Source of the DNA: a virus
Lineage: Duplodnaviria > Caudoviricetes
IMG/VR virus record: IMGVR_UViG_3300025030_000286
Span: 1-35,913 of that record
Strand: one strand, 5' to 3'
DNA: 35,913 bases
Both the position numbers and the translations under genes were made by a program. Below the pieces are notes generated by a model that had not been told where the DNA came from, did not search any database, and saw nothing but the letters and a program-made list of their open reading frames with translations. This document shows, piece after piece, positions 1-7,182 of the stretch (position 1 is the stretch's first letter; each line of letters starts with the position of its first letter).

Positions 1-446
1 TCTACCCTGTGAAATTGGGGGTGGAATAGTTTGGCCTTGGGATATATCCCTTTCAGAGCTTTAGGAACAATGCCTGTTAGAGCTATCAGGGAATCAACTA
101 TAGAAGTTGTCGTCTTTCCAGACCTATTACCTCCCCCCACCAGCTGAATGATCGTTGTGCAGAGATGAAACTGGAGAGCGACTTCATGACTTGGTTTGTA
201 GAGATAAAGCCGGCATTCTTCAATTTCTGATTCAGCATCAACATCGTCATTCAATATGTCAAGCAGTTCAAGGATTTCTTCTCTGGACATACTGTCAAAG
301 TCAAGATCACCTTGAGCTACCTTTTCTCTAACCTGCTTCTTTCTTCTGGTAACCTTGATCTTTCTCTTCTTTTCTCCGGCTTTAAAGTCTTCTTCTGCCA
401 GATCATCAAAGACTGCTTTCTCCAATTTAGGATTGAGTCTAGTCAT
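1..446 (-). CDS. terL: Terminase large subunit, N-terminal part (runs off the left edge)
   Basis: Not in ORF track; manual translation from ATG at 446: MTRLNPKLEK...QFHLCTTIIQLVGGGNRSGKTTTS..., with terminase-type Walker A GGNRSGKT; ATGA overlap with upstream ORF; open to position 1. Confidence 0.88.
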   Translation of the reverse strand, partial: MTRLNPKLEKAVFDDLAEEDFKAGEKKRKIKVTRRKKQVREKVAQGDLDFDSMSREEILELLDILNDDVDAESEIEECRLYLYKPSHEVALQFHLCTTIIQLVGGGNRSGKTTTSIVDSLIALTGIVPKALKGIYPKAKLFHPQFHRV

Positions 447-721
447 CGTCTGTTGTCTGTAACTCTATCGGAGAGTATTGCCAGTAGACCAGCAAGTTCA
501 AGGTTTGTTACTCCAGCTGCATAGTAGTGGTATCCTACTCCTCCATCACCTTCAGCAGCTTGAAATCCGATTATGATCTTGGAAGGGTTAGCTTCTCCTT
601 TTTCGATGTCTCTTAAACAAGCCAGGAGAGCATCCTTAGGTGTCCATAGTCTGCAATCACTAGCCAGATTGCTTCTCCTTTCGGCTAGTTCATCTGGTTT
701 GTAGGTGGGGGTTTCATTCAT
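443..721 (-). CDS. Hypothetical phage protein (92 aa) between terS and terL
   Basis: ORF coupled by 4-nt overlaps to both neighbours. Confidence 0.7.
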   Translation of the reverse strand: MNETPTYKPDELAERRSNLASDCRLWTPKDALLACLRDIEKGEANPSKIIIGFQAAEGDGGVGYHYYAAGVTNLELAGLLAILSDRVTDNRR

Positions 722-1044
722 TCCTGATCACCGACAATTCCATGCCTTGCAAGCCTGTTCATCAAGATCTCTTTCAATTCTCTTCTCGACATATTGGCTT
801 GTAAGACTTGTGCATTCATTGAAATCTGTTGTGTAGGCTTCGGTAGTGTTCTGTCAAGGATGTCATTTGCATTAGCAAGCCTTAGGTAAGTGGGTTCTGT
901 CAAGTCCTTCATCAGCTTCTTCTTGAAGTCAATGGCAGAAGGTGCTATCTGCATAAGGTCTTTTAACAGGCCAGAAGCTGAAACCCTCCTAGTTTCATCG
1001 AGTTCCTTTTCAAATTCCTTCTGTTTGGCAGTGTTTTTTCCCAT
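718..1044 (-). CDS. Putative terminase small subunit
   Basis: First gene of the late operon, upstream of terL; helical, 'ANDILDR' segment reminiscent of TerS; GAGG RBS. Function inferred mainly from position. Confidence 0.55.
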   Translation of the reverse strand: MGKNTAKQKEFEKELDETRRVSASGLLKDLMQIAPSAIDFKKKLMKDLTEPTYLRLANANDILDRTLPKPTQQISMNAQVLQANMSRRELKEILMNRLARHGIVGDQE

Positions 1045-1074
1045 GTTAGTCCTCGTCTTGTGTTATTAAGGGAG

Positions 1075-1104
1075 ATTATACCACAGAAATTCCAGGCTTG
1101 TAAA
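1075..1104 (-). promoter_or_regulatory. sigma70-like promoter for the terS/terL operon
   Basis: Minus strand TTTACA-N18-TATAAT with TG of an extended -10, 30 nt upstream of the terS start. Confidence 0.7.
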
Positions 1105-1815
1105 CAAAAATCTTGGAATAAACTGAAGAAACTCTACGATCTTCCTCAGATTACTAGACAAAACAGTGTTCCTATTCAGATACAGGGTGTAATTTTTGTG
1201 GAGGTGTCTGCTATCGCATACAACTACTCCCTGTAGCTCTTTCCTATTCAGAAAATGTTTACAGAAGAAATCTACGGATAACAGAAATGAGACAAAGTCT
1301 ATGGGCTTGGTACTATGGATAGCAGAAACAGGCCAAAGTCTAAACTCTCGGCTAGATCCTAATATCTGACAGGTGGGGTGGGTAGGTGGTGAGTTGTGGG
1401 CATAGCACAACATTCTATTTCTCTCACTACCCAGAAAACTACCTTATATAATGGACTCTTAAGACTGAGTAGGTGCACTGAATACAGCATTAGCATTACA
1501 CTACATGCTTACTCTTTTAGAATGCATTATTAGACTAGCTTATAACAATAGCTTATAACATAATGATACAGCTATCTCACACTGTACATCTCTAAGAAGA
1601 TATTAGTTAAGTAAGACAGCTATCTACTTGTAATGTTTAGAGTATAACTGAAGAGAGTAGTGATACTTAGAGGAAGCTAGAATTATAATGCTATAGAGAT
1701 ATCCTAAGCATGATACTCAGCCCCAATTGACTCTGTCTCTGACTCAGTATGAGTCTAATAATTTGTTAATGATTACAGGTAGATAAAGAAAATCCACAAA
1801 AGAAAAGATTTTTCA

Positions 1816-1844
1816 TTTACAACCAACTTTACCTCTGATAAGAT
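1816..1844 (+). promoter_or_regulatory. sigma70-like early promoter
   Basis: TTTACA-N17-TAAGAT, TGn extended -10, A/T-rich upstream; same design as 3475, 5831, 11910. Confidence 0.7.
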
Positions 1845-1884
1845 GTTTGCATAGAAGGTAAATAAATAGTAGAAGGAGAAGAAA

Positions 1885-2319
1885 ATGAAAAAGGAATTTA
1901 CCGAAGAAGAGATGAACACGATTGAAGACTTACTCGACGAACTGGCAAAAGCAAACGCAGAGAAGGACACCAAGACCGCCAAGAAAATCCGGAGGCAGCT
2001 CCGGTCCATGAACTACTACATTTCCCAAGGTGGAATGGTGGACGAGAAACCTACTTCCGGTAAAGGCGTAAAGAAAGACAAAACGGAAGAGCCCAAGGCC
2101 AAAAAGGAGAAGAAAGAAGAACCTAAGGAAGATGACGAAGCCGAGAAGATCAAAAAGGCCAAGACTCCACGAGACATCTTCGGAGCCGACGTATCCAACT
2201 GGAAATCCGAGTTCAGGAGACTCTCCAAGAAGTTCCACCCCGACACTGAGAATGGCAACGAAGAAATTATGAAGATCATCAACAAATTCTGGGATCAGGT
2301 AAATAAATCCCGCCGGTAA
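1885..2319 (+). CDS. Early protein with C-terminal DnaJ (J) domain
   Basis: KSEFRRLSKKFHPDTENGNEEIMKIIN contains the HPD motif between J-domain helices II and III; AAGGAG RBS. Confidence 0.8.
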   Translation: MKKEFTEEEMNTIEDLLDELAKANAEKDTKTAKKIRRQLRSMNYYISQGGMVDEKPTSGKGVKKDKTEEPKAKKEKKEEPKEDDEAEKIKKAKTPRDIFGADVSNWKSEFRRLSKKFHPDTENGNEEIMKIINKFWDQVNKSRR

Positions 2320-2332
2320 TCAACCAGAATCG

Positions 2333-2351
2333 GGGAGGTGAAATTCCTCCC
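2333..2351 (+). terminator. Stem-loop after the J-domain gene, possible weak terminator
   Basis: GGGAGG-tgaaatt-CCTCCC, followed by ttct (poor U-tract). Confidence 0.4.
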
Positions 2352-2371
2352 TTCTATCTAAGGAGATAGTT

Positions 2372-2494
2372 ATGGATACCTACATTCTGGTAGAGGTAAG
2401 AACCAAATCCGGTCAACTTAAGAAGATCAAAACTACATGGTCCTGGTATCTCAATTACGGTTGGCCCTACGTTACTTCCATCCTAACCTTGTAA
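2372..2494 (+). CDS. Small hypothetical protein (40 aa)
   Basis: TAAGGAG RBS, ATG 2372, MDTYILVEVRTKSGQLKK...SILTL*; below ORF-track cutoff. Confidence 0.55.
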   Translation: MDTYILVEVRTKSGQLKKIKTTWSWYLNYGWPYVTSILTL

Positions 2495-2535
2495 TCTGAA
2501 GAACCTAGTATACAATGAGTAGATTTTGATATATT

Positions 2536-2874
2536 ATGTCTATCAAATGGAGGTATGTCATGCAATTAGAGAAGGTTTGGGCCATAAACAAACTGATCAA
2601 GAATCTGAATCAAGAATGTCGATACCAACGAATACCCTACCCGATGATCGAAGAACAGAATACCGACATACCTTACATTGCTCTTGATACCTGCAATGGA
2701 GAAGCTACTATCTTCCTACCCTGGAACTACACCGACTTTGATTATTGGGTAGTAAGAGAATGGATAATCCACGAATATGCCCACTTGTTATTTCCCAGCT
2801 GTAGAAGACATATGCAATGTTCTCATTGTCAAGGATTCTGGATGTATTTTGAATACCTAAAGAACAGAATGTAA
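2536..2874 (+). CDS. Zincin-like metallopeptidase domain protein (SprT/YgjP-like); start may be 2560
   Basis: IIHEYAH (HExxH) followed by H..GFW pattern; GGAGG before ATG 2560. Confidence 0.6.
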   Translation: MSIKWRYVMQLEKVWAINKLIKNLNQECRYQRIPYPMIEEQNTDIPYIALDTCNGEATIFLPWNYTDFDYWVVREWIIHEYAHLLFPSCRRHMQCSHCQGFWMYFEYLKNRM

Positions 2875-2888
2875 AGGAGAAACATCTC

Positions 2889-3038
2889 ATGGTACGATGT
2901 AACAGATGCAACCGCATACTCTCCAATTCTCAAAGTATCAAACAGAAGCATGGTCCGGTATGCATAACTCTCGTCATCTTTTCTAAGGTGATGAAGAAAC
3001 TTGAAGGACGAAGTATACCAATCCATAGGAAACCTTAG
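2889..3038 (+). CDS. Small zinc-finger protein (49 aa), DUF6011-like
   Basis: Manual translation MVRCNRCNRILSNSQSIKQKHGPVC...; CxxCxRxL...S...GPxC pattern; AAGGAG RBS. Confidence 0.65.
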   Translation: MVRCNRCNRILSNSQSIKQKHGPVCITLVIFSKVMKKLEGRSIPIHRKP

Positions 3039-3098
3039 GTCGATGTTTTAAAGTGCTTTTATGCAAGCTTTATGCTCTCTAATGGAAAGGAGGATGTC

Positions 3099-3275
3099 AT
3101 GGATGATTGGTATTTGGAAACATTTGGATTAGAAGGTGAACCATGCATGGAGCCAACAGATTATACTTGTTATGTATGTTACTTTAACACCCTTAGTATC
3201 AAAGGCTCATGGCCTGGGTGTGAATGGATGTTTGATGAGTATAATACTCTTGGTGATTGCCTTGATGAAAAATAA
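3099..3275 (+). CDS. Cys-rich acidic hypothetical protein
   Basis: AGGAGG RBS before ATG 3099; CYVC...C...DCL. Confidence 0.65.
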   Translation: MDDWYLETFGLEGEPCMEPTDYTCYVCYFNTLSIKGSWPGCEWMFDEYNTLGDCLDEK

Positions 3276-3286
3276 AGGAGATTGTC

Positions 3287-3466
3287 ATGCACAAGTTAAT
3301 AAACTGTAGATGCTACAAATGTAACGGACTGGTAGTAATCAGCGTTGGAGAACTAGAACATATGATTCAGAAATTTAAGACTGCTGATTCTCTGACATTT
3401 GATATTCATTGCGATGTATGTGCAGTAAGAGAAATGTATCCTAGAGTGCATTCTCAAGTAAAATAA
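3287..3466 (+). CDS. Small zinc-ribbon protein (59 aa)
   Basis: AAGGAG RBS; MHKLINCRCYKC...HCDVC, two CxxC pairs. Confidence 0.65.
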   Translation: MHKLINCRCYKCNGLVVISVGELEHMIQKFKTADSLTFDIHCDVCAVREMYPRVHSQVK

Positions 3467-3474
3467 AATTTCCG

Positions 3475-3503
3475 TTTACAAGTGCTTTTATTTATGGTAG
3501 TAT
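3475..3503 (+). promoter_or_regulatory. sigma70-like promoter
   Basis: TTTACA-N17-TAGTAT with TGn extended -10. Confidence 0.65.
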
Positions 3504-3537
3504 GTAATCAACATTAACCCCAAAGGAGGAACTCACA

Positions 3538-3672
3538 ATGTACATCATGAAGGACATGCTTAATCCAAAGGAGAAGATTACCAAGATCATGAGTTATTCT
3601 GTTAAGGTAGTACATGAAAGTCTACTGTCTTTTATCAGTAGAAATCTCCGGAAGAAAGGAGTTAAGCAATGA
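3538..3672 (+). CDS. Small hypothetical protein (44 aa)
   Basis: AAGGAGG RBS; MYIMKDMLNPKEK...KKGVKQ*; ATGA overlap with next gene. Confidence 0.55.
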   Translation: MYIMKDMLNPKEKITKIMSYSVKVVHESLLSFISRNLRKKGVKQ

Positions 3673-3953
3673 AATGTCCGATATGTGCAGAGTTCGCAGA
3701 GAAAGCCCAGACAGGTTCCCTTCCAGCAAGAGAAGTAAAGCTTTTCATGAAGCATCAGATAAATGAAATCCTGGATAAGATCATTGATGAAGAAGATGAA
3801 GAGATAAAGAAGAATCTTGGCCAACAAGTAATCGAGTTTGTCTCAAACATTGTCTTCAGTCCCCCTAACGACCAAGATATTGAAATAACCCCTGTTGATA
3901 TGAGAGAGTTCAAAGAAGTAGTCTTATCTTCACCAAGCCCAACTATCCACTAG
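3669..3953 (+). CDS. Hypothetical protein with N-terminal CPIC
   Basis: ORF with AAGGAG RBS. Confidence 0.65.
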   Translation: MKCPICAEFAEKAQTGSLPAREVKLFMKHQINEILDKIIDEEDEEIKKNLGQQVIEFVSNIVFSPPNDQDIEITPVDMREFKEVVLSSPSPTIH

Positions 3954-3963
3954 GAGAACAGAT

Positions 3964-4701
3964 ATGAAAATTTATACTGTTGAAGAGCTGAATAAAATTC
4001 TTGAGCTGCATAAGAAATGGAGATTAGGTGAAGAAGGTGGTGAACGTGCTAATCTGAGAGGTGCTTATCTGAGAGGTGCTTATCTGGAAGGTGCTTATCT
4101 GAGAGGTGCTAATCTGAGAGGTGCTTATCTGGAAGGTGCTAATCTGAGAGGTGCTAATCTGAGAGATGCTAATCTGAAAGGTGCTTATCTGGAAGGTGCT
4201 AATCTGAGAGGTGCTAATCTGGAAGGTGCTTATCTGGAAGGTGCTTATCTGAGAGATGCTAATCTGAAAGGTGCTAATCTGAGAGGTGCTAATCTGAGAG
4301 GTGCTAATCTGGAAGGTGCTTATCTGGAAGGTGCTTATCTGAGAGATGCTAATCTGAAAGGTGCTTATCTGGAAGGTGCTTATCTGAGAGATGCTAATCT
4401 GAGAGATGCTAATCTGAGAGATGCTAATCTGAGAGATGCTAATCTGAAAGGTGCTTATCTGGAAGGTGCTAAGTATGGTGAAGAAGCGCTTATAAAGTAT
4501 TTCTGTATAGGTCCTATAGGCTCACGCTCAGACTATCTACAGGTCTTCCATACTGATAAACAAGTTATATTAAGAACTGGATGTTTCACTGGAAATGTAG
4601 ATGAATTTACAAAAGCAGTTAACAAAACTCACAGGGACAGCAAATTTTTGTCAGAATATCAAGCTGCAGTTACCTTCATATCCACATTGACTAACATATA
4701 G
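3964..4701 (+). CDS. Pentapeptide repeat protein
   Basis: 28 A[N/Y]L[R/E/K][G/D] repeats, preceded by ILELHKKW...GERA and followed by an IGPIGSR...GCFTG C-terminal domain. Confidence 0.93.
   Translation: MKIYTVEELNKILELHKKWRLGEEGGERANLRGAYLRGAYLEGAYLRGANLRGAYLEGANLRGANLRDANLKGAYLEGANLRGANLEGAYLEGAYLRDANLKGANLRGANLRGANLEGAYLEGAYLRDANLKGAYLEGAYLRDANLRDANLRDANLRDANLKGAYLEGAKYGEEALIKYFCIGPIGSRSDYLQVFHTDKQVILRTGCFTGNVDEFTKAVNKTHRDSKFLSEYQAAVTFISTLTNI
4048..4470 (+). repeat. 15-bp coding tandem repeat, 28 units
   Basis: GCT-[A/T]AT-CTG-[AGA/GAA/AAA]-G[G/A]T repeated. Confidence 0.97.
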
Positions 4702-4711
4702 GAGAATAGTT

Positions 4712-4858
4712 ATGTTCCTTGTCAAGTACTGGAAAGAAGGAAAGAAGTATAAGATGAAGGTAACTGCAGATCATGAACTTGAAGCCCGATGCAAGGTGTT
4801 CTCCAAATATTACGGAAGAGTAAAAGGTTTCACTATAATCTCATGTGATAAGCTTTGA
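4712..4858 (+). CDS. Small hypothetical protein (48 aa)
   Basis: AGGAG RBS; MFLVKYWKEGKK...CDKL*. Confidence 0.6.
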   Translation: MFLVKYWKEGKKYKMKVTADHELEARCKVFSKYYGRVKGFTIISCDKL

Positions 4859-4870
4859 GGAGGTCCAACC

Positions 4871-5200
4871 ATGAATCCTAGTTTAGATCTCAGGGAGCTA
4901 CTCATACTGAGGTCAAGGGAGATGGACAATGAAGACAGAAGATTCTTGCAAGATAGAAGCCAAGAGTTATCTGAAATTGACTCATACCTTAAGAAGAATG
5001 AGGCTACAATCAGAAACAGTCCTTACGTACCACCAAGCTGTTTTTCCTGTAAAAAGAAGATCAGAAGATCGGCTCCGAAGTTTGAGTTTTCAAGGGTAAG
5101 AGATGATGGTAAGAAAGTAAAGAGAACATATTGTGAAGATTGTGTTGAGGAGATTCCCTCAGAAATCTATGCAACATTAACTTTCAGGAGGTCATGGTAA
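4871..5200 (+). CDS. Hypothetical protein with C-terminal zinc finger
   Basis: CFSC...YCEDC; GAGGAGG RBS. Confidence 0.7.
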   Translation: MNPSLDLRELLILRSREMDNEDRRFLQDRSQELSEIDSYLKKNEATIRNSPYVPPSCFSCKKKIRRSAPKFEFSRVRDDGKKVKRTYCEDCVEEIPSEIYATLTFRRSW

Positions 5201-5304
5201 TGGCAGCTGTCAGACTTAAGAAATGTAATACTTGTCAAACAGAATCAGATGTAACAGAATGGAATGACAATGGTAATAGATGTCCAGAATGTGGAGGAAG
5301 GTAA
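5200..5304 (+). CDS. Zinc-ribbon microprotein (34 aa)
   Basis: MAAVRLKKCNTC...RCPECGGR*; TAATG coupling at both ends; AGGAGG RBS. Confidence 0.6.
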   Translation: MAAVRLKKCNTCQTESDVTEWNDNGNRCPECGGR

Positions 5305-5486
5305 TGGAGAACATAAACATCAATGATCTACCTCTACTATGCAGAAATAGAACTACATCTGGACATGAATGTCTTGGTTCTAATTTCAGAATAAGAATAA
5401 AGGATGAGACAATGATTCTCAGATGTACGTATTGCAAAGAAGATTGTACGCTTGAGAATCTTAAACAGCAGAATGAGGGGAGGTGA
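5304..5486 (+). CDS. Small Cys-rich protein
   Basis: C..C...CTYC; TAATG-coupled start at 5304 with GGAGG RBS. Confidence 0.6.
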   Translation: MENININDLPLLCRNRTTSGHECLGSNFRIRIKDETMILRCTYCKEDCTLENLKQQNEGR

Positions 5487-5794
5487 TAGTAATGGAAATC
5501 AATATGAAGACCAGCATTACCATATCGGATTTCATGACCTCAGATGGTACGTACAAGATTCCCAACTTTGAAGTAGCTTACGCTATCCTTGAGAGATTGG
5601 GAAGAAGTATCCATAAGAGGGCAGCTTTCGGTGATCCCACATGCACCAACATCATGAACAACTTTAGGGCTTATCAGTTGCATAAGGACCAGTTTTCATT
5701 GCATCTACTTCTAAAGTTCATTGGTGAGTTCCTTGACCAACTGGAACTTGAAGATTCTATCTGGGCAAAGGAGGACAAAGAAAAAATGCAGTGA
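5483..5794 (+). CDS. Hypothetical protein
   Basis: ORF with GGAGG RBS (start may be ATG 5492). Confidence 0.65.
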   Translation: MIVMEINMKTSITISDFMTSDGTYKIPNFEVAYAILERLGRSIHKRAAFGDPTCTNIMNNFRAYQLHKDQFSLHLLLKFIGEFLDQLELEDSIWAKEDKEKMQ

Positions 5795-5830
5795 ATTGAA
5801 AAGGCTTCTCAAGTAAATTAAATTTTTCAG

Positions 5831-5859
5831 TTTACAAACCAAAATTAGTATGATATTAT
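5831..5859 (+). promoter_or_regulatory. sigma70-like promoter
   Basis: TTTACA-N17-TATTAT, TGn extended -10, A/T-rich UP-like element. Confidence 0.75.
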
Positions 5860-5918
5860 TAACCCATAATTTACCAACCACCATGAAGGTGGAAAACAAC
5901 ACACGGAGGATACACCAA

Positions 5919-6404
5919 ATGGCAAAAGACAAAGACAGCAAGAAGAAAGTAGTTGAAGAAGAAGCCCCCAAGAAAAGGGGTAATGCTGAGAACCTCACTC
6001 CGAAAGAGAAGGTAAAGATTCCTTCCGATCTTCTGAAGAAAATCAAAGAGAAGAAGCCGGAAATCTACAAGCTGATCAAGGACCTCGAGAAAGCTCGTGA
6101 AGAAGGCGATGATACCTCACAACGTAAATGCCGCATGGCTCTTCGCTCTGCTGGTTTCTACCTTTCCAGGCTCGAAGCTGGTGAAGACCCCTTCGTAACT
6201 GAGGATGTCAAGAAGTCCTCCAAGAAGGAAGATAAAGAAGATAAGAAGTCTTCCAAGAAATCCAAGAAGGACAAAGAAGAAGAAGTAGAGGAGGAAGAGG
6301 AAGAAGAAACTGAAGAAGAGGAAGAGGTTGAGGAAGAAGAGGAAGAAGAGGAAGAGGAAGAAGAGGAAGCCCCCAAGAAGAAAGGTAAGAAGGGCAAGAA
6401 GTAA
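5919..6404 (+). CDS. Highly charged protein with Lys-rich ends and poly-Glu tract
   Basis: GGAGG RBS before ATG 5919; own promoter and terminator; EEEVEEEEEEETEEEEEVEEEEEEEEEEEEEAPKKKGKKGKK C-terminus. Confidence 0.8.
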   Translation: MAKDKDSKKKVVEEEAPKKRGNAENLTPKEKVKIPSDLLKKIKEKKPEIYKLIKDLEKAREEGDDTSQRKCRMALRSAGFYLSRLEAGEDPFVTEDVKKSSKKEDKEDKKSSKKSKKDKEEEVEEEEEEETEEEEEVEEEEEEEEEEEEEAPKKKGKKGKK

Positions 6405-6436
6405 TTTTGGTTAGCTCTATCCTGAGCTAGCTTGGT

Positions 6437-6476
6437 ACCCTGGGGGTTGAGCCCTCCTTGCCCCCAGGGTCTTTTT
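6437..6476 (+). terminator. Rho-independent terminator
   Basis: ACCCTGGGGG...CCCCCAGGGT 10-bp stem followed by CTTTTT. Confidence 0.8.
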
Positions 6477-6512
6477 ATATAACAGATATACAGTAAAAGG
6501 AGCTTAGTTAAC

Positions 6513-6962
6513 ATGGCTAAGAAATCAAAGAAGGCGAAGAGAATATCCACCTGCTTCATATGCAACTCACCCAAGAACTCCCACTCAATAGTCTTAACCA
6601 GAAACAATGAAAACCCAAAGTATAAATATCCTGATGGCAAGATCAGGAAGGTTCTCCTTAGATGTGAAAGCTGTGCTCCAGGTTCTCCTATATGGATGAT
6701 TTCAGAAGTAGGTATGAGATCTTCCAATAGAAAGTACTTCGAGTGTTTATATAGTAATGACCCCACCATACTGCTCACCTCCAGTTCAAATAGAAGTAGG
6801 AAGTCTGAACCTATAAAAGAAAGGTCAGAGCCTGAACCTACTTCTGATGATTCCAAAGTATCCATTATCTCACAACTGAATAGTGCTAAAGACAAGAAAG
6901 CTAAGGCTCGGCTCAGAAGACAACTTAGGAAACAAGGCGTATACGTTTCCAAGATTAAATGA
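6513..6962 (+). CDS. Zinc-finger protein with basic C-terminal module
   Basis: CFIC...CESC; C-terminal RLRRQLRKQGVYVS; AAGGAG RBS. Confidence 0.7.
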   Translation: MAKKSKKAKRISTCFICNSPKNSHSIVLTRNNENPKYKYPDGKIRKVLLRCESCAPGSPIWMISEVGMRSSNRKYFECLYSNDPTILLTSSSNRSRKSEPIKERSEPEPTSDDSKVSIISQLNSAKDKKAKARLRRQLRKQGVYVSKIK

Positions 6963-6975
6963 AATAGGAGGTAGT

Positions 6976-7182
6976 ATGGAAACAACAGAAATTGAGTTCA
7001 GGAAAGCTGGCTGCGTAATGGTTGACCACAGAAGATTCACGGTGATTCATCAAGGAACTAAAGGTTGTCCCTGTACCAGATGTTCTTACTCTGTAGATTG
7101 TAAATCCAAGGAGAAGGTATTCTACAGAGTCAATACCAACAAGCTGGAGAAGAAGTTCAACACTCCAAAGAAAAACAGATGA
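6976..7182 (+). CDS. Small Cys-rich protein
   Basis: AGGAGG RBS before ATG 6976; C...CPCTRC...C. Confidence 0.6.
   Translation: METTEIEFRKAGCVMVDHRRFTVIHQGTKGCPCTRCSYSVDCKSKEKVFYRVNTNKLEKKFNTPKKNR

Noticed and set aside
1066-1413. 115-aa minus-strand ORF upstream of terS
   Set aside because: No RBS or recognisable motif and it runs through the terS promoter; region looks non-coding
4048-4470. Possible CRISPR array or non-coding repeat
   Set aside because: Contiguous 15-bp units without spacers, in frame within a pentapeptide-repeat protein
6158-6985. 275-aa minus-strand ORF with poly-Ser
   Set aside because: Antisense shadow of the GAA/GAG poly-Glu gene; same applies to 15343-15963, 15699-15998, 8453-9061 and other antisense ORFs over well-supported genes
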